From: Octopus sinensis
Lineage: Eukaryota
Length of the DNA stretch: 64,000 nucleotides
Assembly: GCF_006345805.1 (NCBI RefSeq)
Contig: NC_043001.1
Location: 63,488,001 to 63,552,000, forward strand
Reading direction: 5' to 3'
Shown here: positions 49,626 to 62,496 of the stretch, piece after piece
Position numbering within the stretch: position 1 is the first letter of the stretch
Layout of the letters: each line of letters opens with the position of its first letter
Notes under the pieces: model-generated
What the model was told of the DNA's origin: nothing
Databases searched by the model: none
The model's input: the letters and a program-made list of their open reading frames with translations, nothing else
Program-made: the position numbers and the translations under genes

Positions 49626-51417
49626 GTTTTCCGTCCTTTCGTTGTATACATTCGAAGCTTTCTTCCAGGGGATCTAATGCGCTTGGCTTAGATTTCCCTT
49701 GGCGGGCTGGCCATATCGGAGCAATCTCAAGATTAATCAGCCGAAATTGCTAAGATGATCTGGTTCTTGACTGATGACTGAGGGCTTCGAATGTCCCGTC
49801 CTGTGGTTCTTGTGTCGTCTCTGTGGTGTTTCATGTTCTTGTCCATGTCTGTAATTAATGTTACTGTTTACCTATATAATCGGCGGCTACGTATCCACAA
49901 TTGTCCTTATACGATAAGTATATTTTTTTCTCAAGCTTTGATACGACTCTTAATCTGTCTCTTTTTCTCTCTCTCTCTCTCCTCCCTTATTCCACTCCCT
50001 TTCTTTCCCTCTCCATCCGTCCCCCCCCCTTTCTACGTTTCTCTATCTCTCTCACCTCCAGCCCCCTCGATCTGTCTCTTTCTTCTCCTCCCTCGTCCAC
50101 CTTCTCTCCCTTTTCATCTGTCCCTTTCTCCTGTCTTTTGTTCTCACGTGACAGCTAGCCGCTGTTGAGCGCTCTTTTCGTTTTCAGCAGCCTCAGAAGC
50201 AACACGTATTTGTTCGTCTCCCCGTGGCCTTTAGGCACAACTTCACAAGCCAGCCCCATTCTCAAATCGTCCTGTCGAAGACCCTTGTCCTACGTCCTGG
50301 TTTTGTTTTGTGTTTATTTTTATTTTTACCGTTATGTTTTTACGTTTTTGTATTCTTATTGGTGTCACGTATTCTGTATTTTTGTTTGTGTACTTCGATC
50401 TGTTTTCCGTCCTTTCGTTGTATACATTCGAAGCTTTCTTCCAGGGGATCTAATGCGCTTGGCTTAGATTTCCCTTGGCGGGCTGGCCATATCGGAGCAA
50501 TCTCAAGATTAATCAGCCGAAATTGCTAAGATGATCTGGTTCTTGACTGATGACTGAGGGCTTCGAATGTCCCGTCCTGTGGTTCTGTGTGTCTCTGTGG
50601 TGTTTCATGTTCTTGTCCATGTCTGTAATTAATGTTACTTTTACCTATATAATCGGCGGCTACGTATCCACAATTGTCCTTATACGTATAAGTTATTTTT
50701 TTCTAAGCTTTGATACGACTCTTAATCTGTCTCTTTTCTCTCTCTCTCTCTCCTCCCTTATTCCACTCCCTTTCTTTCCCTCTCCATCCGTTCCCCCCCT
50801 TTCTACGTTTCTCTATCTCTCTCACCTCCAGCCCCCTCGATCTGTCTCTTTTTCTCCTCCCTCGTCCACCTTCTCTCCCTTTTCATCTGTCCCTTTCTCC
50901 TGTCTTTTGTTCTCACGTGACAGCTAGCCGCTGTTGAGCGCTCTTTTCGTTTTCAGCAGCCTCAGAAGCAACACGTATTTTTCGTTCCCCGTGGCCTTTA
51001 GGCACAACTTCACAAGCCAGCCCCATTCTCAAATCGTCCTGTCGAAAGACCCTTGTCCTACGTCCTGGTTTTGTTTTGTTGTTTATTTTTTATTTTTACC
51101 GTTATTGTTTTTACGTTTTTGTATTCTTATTGGTGTCACGTATTCTGTATTTTTGTTTGTGTACTTCGATCTGTTTTCCGTCCTTTCGTTGTATACATTC
51201 GAAGCTTTCTTCCAGGGGATCTAATGCGCTTGGCTTAGATTTCCCTTGGCGGGCTGGCCATATCGGAGCAATCTCAAGATTAATCAGCCGAAATTGCTAA
51301 GATGATCTGGTTCTTGACTGATGACTGAGGGCTTCGAATGTCCCGTCCTGTGGTTCTTGTGTCGTCTCTGTGGTGTTTCATGTTCTTGTCCATGTCTGTA
51401 ATTAATGTTACTGTTTA

Positions 51418-51420
<3 letters not shown>
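49626..51420 (+). mobile_element. Tandem array (~2.3 copies, period 771-776 bp) of a non-coding pseudo-LTR or retrozyme-like unit between (TA)n tracts
   Basis: GTTTTCCGTCCTTTCG recurs at 49626, about 50402 and about 51174. One 5'-truncated unit plus two full units. No credible ORF. Confidence 0.85.
49705..49782 (+). ncRNA. Candidate permuted hammerhead ribozyme (predicted cleavage after C49726); identical copies predicted to cleave after C50502 and C51273
   Basis: AGCAAT-C-TCAAGA ... TCAG-CC-GAA-ATTGCT ... TCTTGA-CTGATGA-CTGA. Compensatory changes relative to the 33375 copy. Confidence 0.6.
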
Positions 51421-51463
<43 letters not shown>

Positions 51464-51885
51464 TAGTTTTTATATATTATAAATATGTATGTGTGTGTGT
51501 GTACATACAAATATGTATATATATGGATATAGGTAGTCAAGGAGGTAGCTTTGCAATCATGAAGGTCACAGTTTCAATCCCACTGCGTAGCATCTTGGAC
51601 AAGCGTTATCACAGTCACTGATCACCCATACTTACAAAATGAAATAGAGTGGAAATTGTATAGAAGCTCACTGAATGGCCTGAACATTAATTCAAAGGTG
51701 TAGCTTTGAAATTATGTTTAGGATATACATGCCTGTAGAATACGCAACTACTCACACACCAACTCAAAAAGCAGATATTTCTATTCATCACACAACTGGA
51801 CATTAACGCGAAATTCTCCAAATATATATAGTAAGAAAGTGAGATGACAAAAGAATAAACGATTATCATATGAATTACATTAGCT

Positions 51886-52054
51886 TAAGATGCAGTGGAC
51901 TCATAGTTGAGTGCCTCAATAGCACCTTATAGCCTAATTGGAGCCTTGAAAATTAATTAAAATTTATTTCTTCAAATAAATTGCATTTCATTTTCGAGGC
52001 TCTAAAGCTATAGTGTGCTACTGAGGCACTTAACTATGAGTCCACTACATCTTA
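51886..52054. mobile_element. Fold-back MITE or palindrome
   Basis: ~65 bp inverted arms: TAAGATGCAGTGGACTCATAGTT ... AACTATGAGTCCACTACATCTTA. Confidence 0.75.
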
Positions 52055-52225
52055 TAGTAGAAACAGCTGTAAGCTAGTGAAATTTATTTGATAATCGTTT
52101 ATTTCTTTGTCATTTCACTTTCTTACTACCGCTTTGTACTCGACTAGCGCTTCGTTCTGAAGCATATATGTATTGAGTTCTTCACCAAATTATTAGTCTC
52201 GCAATACTTAAGCGATATATATATA

Positions 52226-52273
<48 letters not shown>

Positions 52274-52291
52274 TGTGTGTGTGTGTGTGTG

Positions 52292-52331
<40 letters not shown>

Positions 52332-52454
52332 ACCCGCGCATTGAGTCAAAAGTGTTGCGATATTTTGGTAACTTACTTGCTTTATTCGTCAAGTTACAAC
52401 AAAAGCAGCCTAGCATTCAGAAGCTAACTTTCTGCCAGTTCTTTGATCTTACCT

Positions 52455-53090
52455 TGTTGTCACTTATTTTTCTATATATTGCGAGCTGGAGAGGATTACT
52501 GCTTTCTCTAGCGTACGAGTATCCACCACTGAGGATGAGCAGAAATGGCTCGAAACCGTACGGTCTGGTGATCCCGTCACCGCCGTTAGAATATGGTAGG
52601 GGTTCACTCCCCTGCTTGCAATATATATTAGTTATAGATTGCATCGAAAACCTTCTGGAAGAGGCTCCTCTCAGAGTTTGAAATGGTAGTAATGTCAGTA
52701 CCTACGGAACAGTTATATTGAAGTGGTGATAAATATTACTTCTCAGTATAGTTACTACTTTCATCCCTCATACATATTTTTAAACTAACTACTTGGCTTG
52801 TTACAAGATCAGTGATTGGTTGTCACTTATTTTTCTATATATTGTAAGCTGGAGTGGATTACTGCTATTTCTAGCGGACGAGTGTCCACCACTGTGAATA
52901 AGCACTAAGAGCTCAAAACCGTACGGTCTGGTGTTCCCGTCGCTGCCACTAGAAGATGGTAGGGGTTCGCTCCCATGCTTGTAATACATATTGCATCGAT
53001 AACCAGCTGGAAGAGGCTCCCCCTAGGGTTACAAACAGTAGTAACGTCGGTTCTTACGGAACAGCTATATTGAAGTGGCGATAAGTATTG
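52455..53090 (+). repeat. Diverged tandem repeat, period ~363 bp, each unit carrying a hammerhead motif (retrozyme or Penelope-like)
   Basis: TTGTCACTTATTTTTCTATATATTG recurs at about 52457 and 52820. ACCGTACGGTCTGGTG is present in both units. Confidence 0.8.
52524..52570 (+). ncRNA. Type I hammerhead ribozyme variant (predicted cleavage after C52565)
   Basis: CACCA-CTGAGGA-T-GAGC(AGAAATG)GCTC-GAA-ACCGTACGGT-C-TGGTG. Stem I is 5 bp, stem II is 4 bp, stem III is palindromic, and there is one extra T after the core. Confidence 0.7.
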
Positions 53091-53940
53091 CTTATAGATA
53101 TATGTATATCTATATATGTATATACATATGCATACAGAAACTCACGCGCATATATGAAATGTCATATGGTAAAATAAATCAAGTTACTTGCATTGAGACA
53201 CATTTTATATATCCTTCGCCTGGACATGAACCCAAGTTTCTAGTGGAAATTTATCAATAAAATTTTATGTACTATCGTCGTCAGCAGGTGATAGAGTGAC
53301 CAGTATGTTATGCTGTTTAAGATTGCAGGACTAAATTTAGTTTTTCAGTGTCTATATTTAACACGTAGTGTGGTGATATTCCGTGTTTTCTCGAATTTTC
53401 GACTATCTCGAAAAATTCCGCTGGTTTAAAAATAATTTGTTTGACTAGCTATTTATCTTTACGAAACAAATTAGTGAAATAGGTTGTTTTTAACTCTCGT
53501 TTAACACTCGAGCAATCTCTTCAGCAGCATGCGTGCATACATATATATCTTTCTGAGGGACTTTTTCCCCTCTCATGAAAACTTTTTAATTGTAGCCATC
53601 TTCGAATCGCAAAAAGTTGAGCAGATAACTTTGATTTAACAAATTGAAGATATTTCAGTCATCAATAATTGCAATGACTAAAGGAATGCGATGCACGCTT
53701 CATGGTTAAACGAGCATGAGAAGATATCGGCCCCGCTAGTTTGTTGTTGTGCTGTGAATACAAGAAGATTTAGGAAAATAGAATTTGAAGTATTGCATAT
53801 TGCTACGGTCAAACAAATTAGAAATTGAAGAATAGCATAAAATATGTTTGTACCATGATTAAATTATGCCACAGAAGAATGAGTGAATGTCTCTTCCCCA
53901 CTCATACCTAATTCCCCTGTCTACATTTGCTATATTTCAG

Positions 53941-54073
53941 CTAGTGACGCTAATGGTATTTGTATCAGCCATTTGTCACTTTTCAAATCGAAGTCAATGT
54001 CCAAACCAGAACCGATTCACAAAGTCATTGTGGCCGATGAAGGAACACCAGTTTCACTGGCTTGTCACTTTTG
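53941..54073 (+). CDS. Coding exon of an Ig V-type domain protein (start of the domain)
   Basis: Acceptor TATATTTCAG, donor TG|GTTAGT. Phase-1 reading SDANGIC...KVIVADEGTPVSLACHF matches the Ig A'/B-strand pattern (V..xEGxxVxLxC). Confidence 0.7.
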
Positions 54074-54361
54074 GTTAGTAAATCTCTTTCTCTCCCATCA
54101 CACACGCATATATTTATGTATATATACATATATTTTATGATTTTGCTGAGGCACAGCGATACCTATAACCAGTTGTTAGAACTTAGCATACTTTAGAATG
54201 AAGCGTTAGGAATGTACAGCACCTAATACAGCTTATTGAATGATAAGGAAACCGAAATTACTAACCAAATTCATTAGCTTACATCTGTTTCTGCTATAAA
54301 CCGTAGTGGGCTCAGAGCTGATACTTGTGCAACATCTTACAGTTTCTTCGGAGCCTTTATC

Positions 54362-54515
<154 letters not shown>

Positions 54516-55438
54516 TCATACACACACACTCACACAAATTCCTGTCTTTCTCTCACCCTACCTCTTCCATCATTCTTTTTTGTACTCCTCTCCCAGTCTA
54601 CCATCCCACAATCTCCTATTTTTCCGCAGTTCAATAAGACCTTAGAGTGTCCTCTGCAGGTGTACAACGCATCATATCTCCAACAAACGCTGCATTCAAT
54701 GTCAACTAATTAATTCTTCTATTACCATATCATTCCCTTTTCCCCTATTTGCAGTCCTGCCCCACTCAGTGCTAACAATACAATATCATTAAAGATGTTC
54801 AATACATAAAGTTTTGAGTTTACAATATTAAATATTACGGTGAAGCTAGTCCAATATATTTTAGTTGAAAAGGAGAATATTGACGAAATATTGAGTTGGT
54901 TATTAGAGTAAAGAAAGACATCTGATGCACACAAGAGTTGATAGAATGTGAGGCGTGAAAAGCTAAGAGTATATACGTTGCGATAGTGCCGTCTGGTTGG
55001 AAAATTGAAATTTCGAAGAGACATATGAGCAAGTCATAGAATAACACATATTTTTGTCTACAAAAGCACCAAGATTAAGTTTTTATATTTTTTATAAATT
55101 TCCATGATCAATAAATATAAAAACTTTACTAATATCATTTCTGTTTAATACTAACTCCTTTCAATCTTTAACCTACTCAAACATTAACTCCACTCGAACT
55201 ACTCAAACGGGAAACGCCCCGATCGCATTTCAACAGAAAACGTTATTGCACACCACCTATGTAACTGAATATTTGATTATTATTTGGGAGTCTAACTTTA
55301 CACTCTTGCAACAATTACTTTTGGGTAAAATATTGAAACAGAATATAGGGATATATTCAGTCGTTATGGTGTCGTCTATTTGGGACACCGGCTCGACACT
55401 GACTTATTTGACATCAGACATTTTAATGTTTCTCTGGG

Positions 55439-55479
<41 letters not shown>

Positions 55480-55621
55480 TCTCATCCCCTCTCTTTCTCT
55501 CTCTGGTTATGCGTGTTACATCTAGTAATGTTTGTATGTATAATGTCTCTCCCCCTCTCTCACTCTACCTGTATGTGTATATTTCTGCATGCGCGTGTGT
55601 GTGTTGTGTGTATGTTTGAGA

Positions 55622-55654
<33 letters not shown>

Positions 55655-55682
55655 TGTGTATGTGTGTGTGTGTGTATGTGTA

Positions 55683-55713
<31 letters not shown>

Positions 55714-56560
55714 TGTGTTTGTATGTGTGCGCATGAGAGAGTACTGTGTGTGTATTTCCCTCGAGTACCAAAAAAAGAAATACTGTCACCAAAAATCAGT
55801 TGAATGTCCAGTCAGCCGTACCAAATCGTTAGCATCCAAATAGTCGTATTCAGTCATTTCGTCCTGAAATATAGTTTTAAAGTTTACGAGAGTTCGAGTT
55901 CGAACAAATAAGTTATCACAACGATTAATTTTAAGTAGAGTTGCTGTTGTTTATTCCAACTCAGCTCTGATGAAGCAGACCAATGACCAAAGACATGCCA
56001 TTCGTAGATTGGCATGTCTTATATTTTTTAAAACGGTGGGAGGAAAATTTAAGAGACGTGCTTGTCTTCTCTCTGTTTCTTCGATCACTACAACAGTGGC
56101 CTCTCCTTCTAAGTCCTTCTTAGTGTGTCTCTACTACTCGAGATCTCTCGACCCACTTATCTCTCCAACTTTTGTTTCCCTTGTTCGCCCCCGCTTCCTC
56201 CCACTAACCACTTTGTCCAATCCTTCACTCTGGAATTTTCTTACTCATGTCATTCCTGAAGATGTAAAACTACAATAGTTTAATCAGAACATTATTGGCA
56301 TCAAACTCACCAGTTTTGGTGTGTGTACGTGTGGGGGGGACTGACTGGGGTCATGGGCTCTGACTATTTCTCGAGATTCATAGAATCAAAAATCAGTTGT
56401 CTCCCTTTAAGTCATCACTGACTGAGTCAGTGTTCCATCCCAGATGTTTTGGTTTGTCCTTTATAATATTTGAATCTAGAACAATGTCTTTGGTTCTTCC
56501 TTTACTTATTCATGCTAAACTAACGTTTCAATTAATGGGGATCTCTTTGTTTTCTACCAG

Positions 56561-56739
56561 TAATGATTCCAACACTGTAGTGTACAGTAGCATCTTGTGG
56601 TACCAAATTGCCAGAGCGGTTCCTGAAAAAAGCGGTCTCCCAGTTTCAGAGGTGACCACTGATATGAAGGACGACGAGAAGGAAAACCGTATCATCGTCA
56701 CTCCGACTCACACCTTAATTTTCAAAAGTATAAAAGAAG
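56561..56739 (+). CDS. Next coding exon of the Ig V-type domain protein
   Basis: Acceptor TTTCTACCAG, donor AAG|GTAACA. Joins in frame to give CHFC-NDSNTVVYSSILWYQ...RIIVTPTHTLIFKSIKE (C-strand Trp, D/E strands). Confidence 0.7.
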
Positions 56740-56789
56740 GTAACAACTTATTAGTGACGTTTTAATCTGTAATCTTTACTGTCACAGCA

Positions 56790-56970
56790 TTTCTTCTTCT
56801 TCTTCTTCTTCTTCTTCTTCTTCTTCTTCTTCTTCTTCTTCTTCTTCTTCTTCTTCTTCTTCTTCTTCTTCTTCTTCTCTTCTTCTTCTTCTTCTTCTTC
56901 TTCTTCTTCTTCTTCTTCTTCTTCTTCTTCTTCTTCTTCTTCTTCTTCTTCTTCTTCTTCTTCTTCTTCA
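56790..56970 (+). repeat. (CTT)n microsatellite
   Basis: Read directly. Confidence 0.97.
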
Positions 56971-57809
56971 TAATGTCGTCACGAGGATACCCTCACAGGA
57001 GTGGGTGTTATGTTTCGTCAATTGAAATAACGTCCTCAGTATATGACTGGTTCTTGATCCGCTAGGATTAGGAACAAAATCTCCCTATAATTGCACACTG
57101 TTGTGTTTTCAGGGATTACATTCAATAATGTTGTACTATACATACACTATATCTGAAAATAGATGGAATAGTCATGGTTGGAACATGTCTGATCATGGAT
57201 TCTATTGGATCAAAGTTGACCTGGGGTTAAACAAAACACAAGTGTGCTCATGGTTTAAACTCCGTTGATAACAATTTGCATATGTTTAATCGACTTGGTA
57301 AAATAAAAATAAACTTCAACGATGTTATTGAAATTACGATCTACTACACCCTGTCAAATACCCCGAGTCGCGAATAACCATTGTAATGACCCGACAAACT
57401 TTACATTTGTGTATTAAGGCAACCATTGGTCTCATGTAAGTAGAATGTCTTAATATCTTAAAAGTTTTTCAAGCCTATCGCATAGAGGAATAGTGTTTGT
57501 CTCCATTTTGGATAAAAAATGGAGATGAACTTAAACTCCGAATTCTTCAGGACGTCAAAAGTGGCTCTAAGAGAAATTCAAGACAAGCTAATATGGTTCG
57601 ATGAAGGAAGCCGAACTAATGGTAAAATCTCTGTGTCATTGTTTAATGGCTGCATACCCAATAAGCGCTGCGCAAATCATCTGCAAATTACGAACTTTAC
57701 GGTTATTACGTAACTTAGAGATTCTTGAAACAGCAGTCGAATTAAGAAATTATTATTCACTTAGTATTCTGTATTTTTCATGCTCTATGTAAATATATTT
57801 GTGTGTGTA

Positions 57810-57965
57810 GGCGTAGCTGTGTGGTAAGTAGCTTGCTTACGAACTACATAGTTCCGAGTTCAGTCCCCCTGCGCGGCACCTCGGGCAAGTGTCTTCTGCT
57901 ATAGCCTCGGGCCGACCAAAGCCTTGTGAGTGGATCTGGTAGACGGAAACTGAAAGAAGCCCGTC

Positions 57966-58039
<74 letters not shown>

Positions 58040-58260
58040 CATATGTATGTGCGTATATGTTTGTGTGTCCCCCCAACATTGCTTGACAACCGATGCTAGT
58101 GTGTTTACGTCCCCGTAACTTAGCAGTTCGGCAAAAGAGACCGATAGAATAAGTACTAGGCTTACAAAGAACAAGTCCTGGGGTCGATGTGCTCGACTAA
58201 AAGCGGCGCTCCAGCATGGCCACAGTCAAATGACAGAAACAATTAAAAGAGTAAAAGAGT
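57810..58260 (+). mobile_element. Full-length tRNA-derived SINE with internal (TA)n
   Basis: A-box-like TAGCTGTGTGGT and B-box-like GAGTTCAGTCCC, a body shared with other SINE copies in the window, and an AAAAGAGT tail. Confidence 0.8.
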
Positions 58261-58441
58261 GTATATGTTTATCTTTCTGAATATCTGTACGTGAGTCTAT
58301 GTGTATCTCTCCCGCCGCTCTCCCTCTTTCTCTCTCCCTCTATCTATCTATAAAATTGTATATATTACGTATAACATATAATATATATATATATATGAAT
58401 ATATATATATGTATGTATGTATGTATGTATATATGTATGTA

Positions 58442-58472
<31 letters not shown>

Positions 58473-58499
58473 TGTACATATATACATATGTACATATAT

Positions 58500-60790
58500 A
58501 TTAGAAGAAAACACAGAGTGCTCCATTTCTCGTCCGGCTGCAATCACTAGCTGAGCGCCGTGCTTCGACAAGATTTCGGCCTATTAAGCTTAGTATCTCT
58601 CCACACGGTAGACCCGCAACAGCTGGACGTATTGCGTTGCAACCGGACTCATGACAGTTCTGTGGCCTTATCTGCATTTATAAACCTCCTGGTAATCCAA
58701 ACACTACCCTCAACTGCTTTCTCCCCACATTTCTTGATGGTCTTCCTCACAGCAGATACATCAGCCACCTTCAGAAACCTGAATGAAGCTGCTGGGAAAC
58801 CCCAGCAGCCGACCTCGAATGCAACTAGCTAATAGATGTAACCTTTCTCCCGAATCTCAGCTACCAGCTCTTCATAGCCCAACAGCTTCCGCTCATGGGC
58901 CTCAGCAATGCTCTCCTCCCATGGAACAGTAAGATCCCCAAGGATCACACGTCTGAACCTCAACTACCAAAACCAGGTCGGGCCGGAGTGCTGACACAAC
59001 GATGCTTTCAGGCTTGTCCACGAACACCTCCCATTTTCTGTCTTCGGCCTAACGAGGTTTCTGTCTCTTTGGCCTCACACCTTGCTTCACAAATGCTGTC
59101 TTGCGCAAGCTCAGCTCAGGCACTGGACCCTCTCTTGCAGCCGAAGCAACAACGTTTAGCACTAAATTATGTCTAAATGTATACCATCCATACTGGTGTG
59201 TTTTGGGGCAAGCTGACAGCATGTGTTTGAGGCTGCCATACTTTCCACACAAGTGGCACTGTGGACTCTCTTGGATACCCCACTTTTTGAGATTTGCTGG
59301 AGACGGATGCACATCATATGCAGTCTTGATCAGAGCTTTCAAATGCCCTGCACTTAACTACCATCAATCAGACCAACTCAATTCCAGCTTTTCGACATCA
59401 TCCCAATTCAGCCACCGACTCTGCTGTGCTTGTTGCACTGCGTGACACAGCCACCTCTCATCTTCCAGCTGCCTTACTTGTTGTTTACGTATCTTCCGCT
59501 GTTCTTGTACACTTAACTTAGACCAGAACCGCTCTCTCTTGACAAGTCCCACACCAGCCCTGCCGTCTATAATCCCTCCACGCACTTCATCATGCCGGGC
59601 CATCACATGAAGCTGCTGTACCACCTCAGTGACCTTCCATTTCCTACCAGTGTTCAAATCTGGTGGATTGTCCTGTATCACAGTGTCCCTTGACTCAGAC
59701 AGCATTGATTGCAGACCCACCTTGAAGACCTTGTATTCCTCCATTATTGATGTCAGGGGCAAATGGAGCATACCATAGTTGCCATAAAGGGCGACAGATG
59801 AAAGGCACTTCGAAAGGCCAAGCCACTTCCTTACCATCTTATTGACCTTACGTTCAATTGTTTCAATCCTTGTTAGAGAAATATCATACACAGTTATGGG
59901 CCACAGCAGTTTTGGGAGCAACCTAAAATGCATGCACCACACCTTGAACTTTCCTGGCAAACTTGCTTGATCAATGCTTTTTAGCCCTGTCTCTGCCTGC
60001 TTATGCAGTTCAACACCACGATGTCTGTCTGTAAAGAGAAAACTACCATCTTCCCAGACTTTTGATACTTTGCTCACAAGCAGTTGGTATTTGCTCTCCA
60101 CCGATGCGGAAAACCAAATTTACGAGCGATCCACCCTTCAACGAAAGGTTTAAATCCCCCCCCGACTCCATCTGACCAGTTCAGACAATCTATTCAAAAC
60201 GTCTCTGTCATCGTTGATATTATCCTGGATGCCCTCAATTTTACTTCTCCTTGGTCGAACCTGTGCTCAGGTTTTAAGCTCCCCGGTATGACCTCCATTA
60301 TCATCACAAAGAGGATTGGGGAGATGGCGCAACCCATTGCAATCCCCTTTTGTAGACCAATGTATTCAGTGGTGTACTTTGCAGTAGAGAACCGAAACAC
60401 GAACTGGTCAAAGTATGTAGATAGGACGCTTCGAAGTTTCTGGGGCACATAGAATAACTCCATGGCTTCCTGTATCATGTTATGAGACACAGAACCATTT
60501 GCATTTGCTAGGTCCAGCCATACAACACGCAGCTCCTTACGCAATGCTTTCTTCTCTTTGATATTAGCCCAAATCCTTGAGACATGCTCAAGGCATCCTG
60601 GGAACCCTGGTACACCTGCTTTCTGTATACTAGTGTCCACAAAGCCATTAGCAAGCAAGTAGTGAGCCGCTTTGCAAAGACAGTGAAGAAGACTTTTCCC
60701 TCAACATTCAGCAAAGAGATAGGACGAAACCGACCGAGTGTCAGAGTCTTTTACATCCCCAGTGGACCAGAAGACTCATCCTAGCCCAGC
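58500..60790 (-). mobile_element. 5'-truncated HERO/NeSL-like RLE retrotransposon (RT, CCHC, RLE, 3' UTR), degenerate
   Basis: RPISLLNVEGK, QKAGVPGFPGCLEH, WLDLANA, GIAMGCAISPILF, LLPKLLWP, CHLCGKYGSLKHMLSAC, LRPDLV, DLTVPWEE, ERK and FEVGCWGF. Flanked by TA-rich microsatellites. Confidence 0.85.
58540..58610 (-). ncRNA. Degenerate permuted hammerhead-like motif in the 3' UTR of the HERO-like element
   Basis: Minus strand: CCGTG..AGAT-A-CTAAGC-TTAAT-AGG-CC-GAA-ATCT..CACGG-C-GCTCAG-CTAGTGA. The core has GA swapped to AG and stem I is 5/6 paired. Confidence 0.45.
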
Positions 60791-61294
60791 GATGGACCGG
60801 AAGATTACTTATTGGCTTGGGTTTGCCAGACTTGAGGCAGGCGCTATCTCCAAAAGGCTACAAAGAGCCATCCCACCGTCCCTGCACAGGCAGGCCAGTT
60901 CATAACTGCCATTTGTACATATATATATACACACACACACACATATATATATATAATGTGTGTATACATACACACATACATACATGTGTGTGTATGTACA
61001 TATATATATATATGTATGTACATTTATATATATATATATATATACATGTACACACACGCCTGTATGTTTACGCACACATACATTGGCTTAATTTTTAGGA
61101 TTGTTCTCGTTTCCCAATCGTTCTTGATGGTCTGATTTGTGATGCACAGACATCTGAAGCAGATCTGTCCACGACACCCTCCACTTCATGTGATATGTCA
61201 TTGAAAGTGTTGATAAAGAACTTTACGAGGCGGGGTCCCTGATCAATTCGACCAATACTTGGTGGCTGTTCACACAGTGACGGGTTCAACCCCG

Positions 61295-61680
61295 TATTCC
61301 TCTGTTGGATTGCTGCAATGTACAGCTACATCTACTCAGGAGTTCGGATGGATGCTTACCTATCAGAACTATTTAGCATCATGAGTTCGGTTCGTGAAGG
61401 TTGGCCGCTCTCATCCCTTCTGTACCTACTGAGCTCACAACGTCTGGAGAACAGGAGACGTTGAGGAATATCTCGCGAATTAGAACATGGAAGAACCCAT
61501 GTTGGCATACGCACAGGACGTCACCTTCACAGTGTCGGACACTAGGCACGTAGACATGATGGGCGGTGATAGAAGCAAAGATTAATCAAAAAAATTCAGT
61601 GGGCCTGCAGCTCGGCACTTGGAGAGGCAAGTCCATGCCGTCCAGTAACGTCGTTGGACGTTGAACGAAAGGACTGGTGT
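61295..61680 (+). mobile_element. Degenerate Tx1/L1-like RT fragment
   Basis: WIAAMYS...SVREGWPLSSLLY, AYAQDVT and SVGLQLGTWRGKSMP, matching the RT of the other Tx1-like copies. Confidence 0.7.
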
Positions 61681-61699
61681 TATTTTTACTGTATTGAAA

Positions 61700-62495
61700 T
61701 TGCTTTACGTAGGATGTGTGTGGTGCCTAGCAGTGCTATTTTCTGTTATATACATTCGTAAGTCCTGATATTTTAGTTGTGTATTTCTCTGTATATTTTA
61801 AATCATGCCTAATGCACTTATAGAGATTATTTCTGTCTACAGGGCCCCACATTCCGGTTATCTCTTTTTCTAGATCTTTGTATTTCGAGAGTTTTCCCTT
61901 TTTTTTTTTGAGATACATTGTCATCTGTTGGTACTAATATGTCGATTTGAAGGCATCAATTTTCTTCGTAATCCCTGACAACAATATCCGGCCTATTAAC
62001 CCTGATCTCTCTATCTGTGTGTATTGGCATATCCCAGATTATGGTTGCTTTGTCATTTTCTGAGACATTTTCTGGGATATGCCTCTACTGTTTTTTCCTT
62101 TTGTCATTCCGTAGTGCGACACAGCTTGTAGTGTATATAAACCCCAACTTTGCCATGTCTGTGGTTGTATTTCTTCTTGGCAACCAGACACTGGGCAACC
62201 TGAGACAATATGTTTTATTAGTTGTTTCCCCATCACTATATATTCTGCAGTTACATATTGTATTTCGCTTCATTATGTGTTTTTGGTGGTTTCTGGTGGG
62301 GAGGCTTTGACCTTGTGCCAAAACCCTTCAATCTTTATTTTGAGACGCAAACTTCTCAACCAATGCTGGAATTTTATTTTGTCTAATTCTTTTCTGTTTA
62401 GATTATCTCAGTATTTTTCCTGTAGGGGCTTTTCTTGCCATCGTTTTATCATGGTATTTTACAGTTCCAATCTTAGCTTAGTTTTTAGTTGCATT
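61700..62495 (-). mobile_element. Degenerate R4/Dong-like 3' fragment
   Basis: Minus translation includes HIVSGCP, a CRIY..GET remnant and KLSKYKDLEKEITGMWG. Confidence 0.7.
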
Positions 62496-62496
62496 C

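Noticed and set aside
57005-57045. Minus-strand CTGAGGA-C-GTTA..TGAC-GAAAC
   Set aside because: The core and stem II look right, but no matching stem I, stem III or cleavage triplet could be found.
57810-57890. tRNA-like A and B boxes
   Set aside because: This is a SINE head continuous with the SINE body. No complete cloverleaf, so it is not called a tRNA gene.
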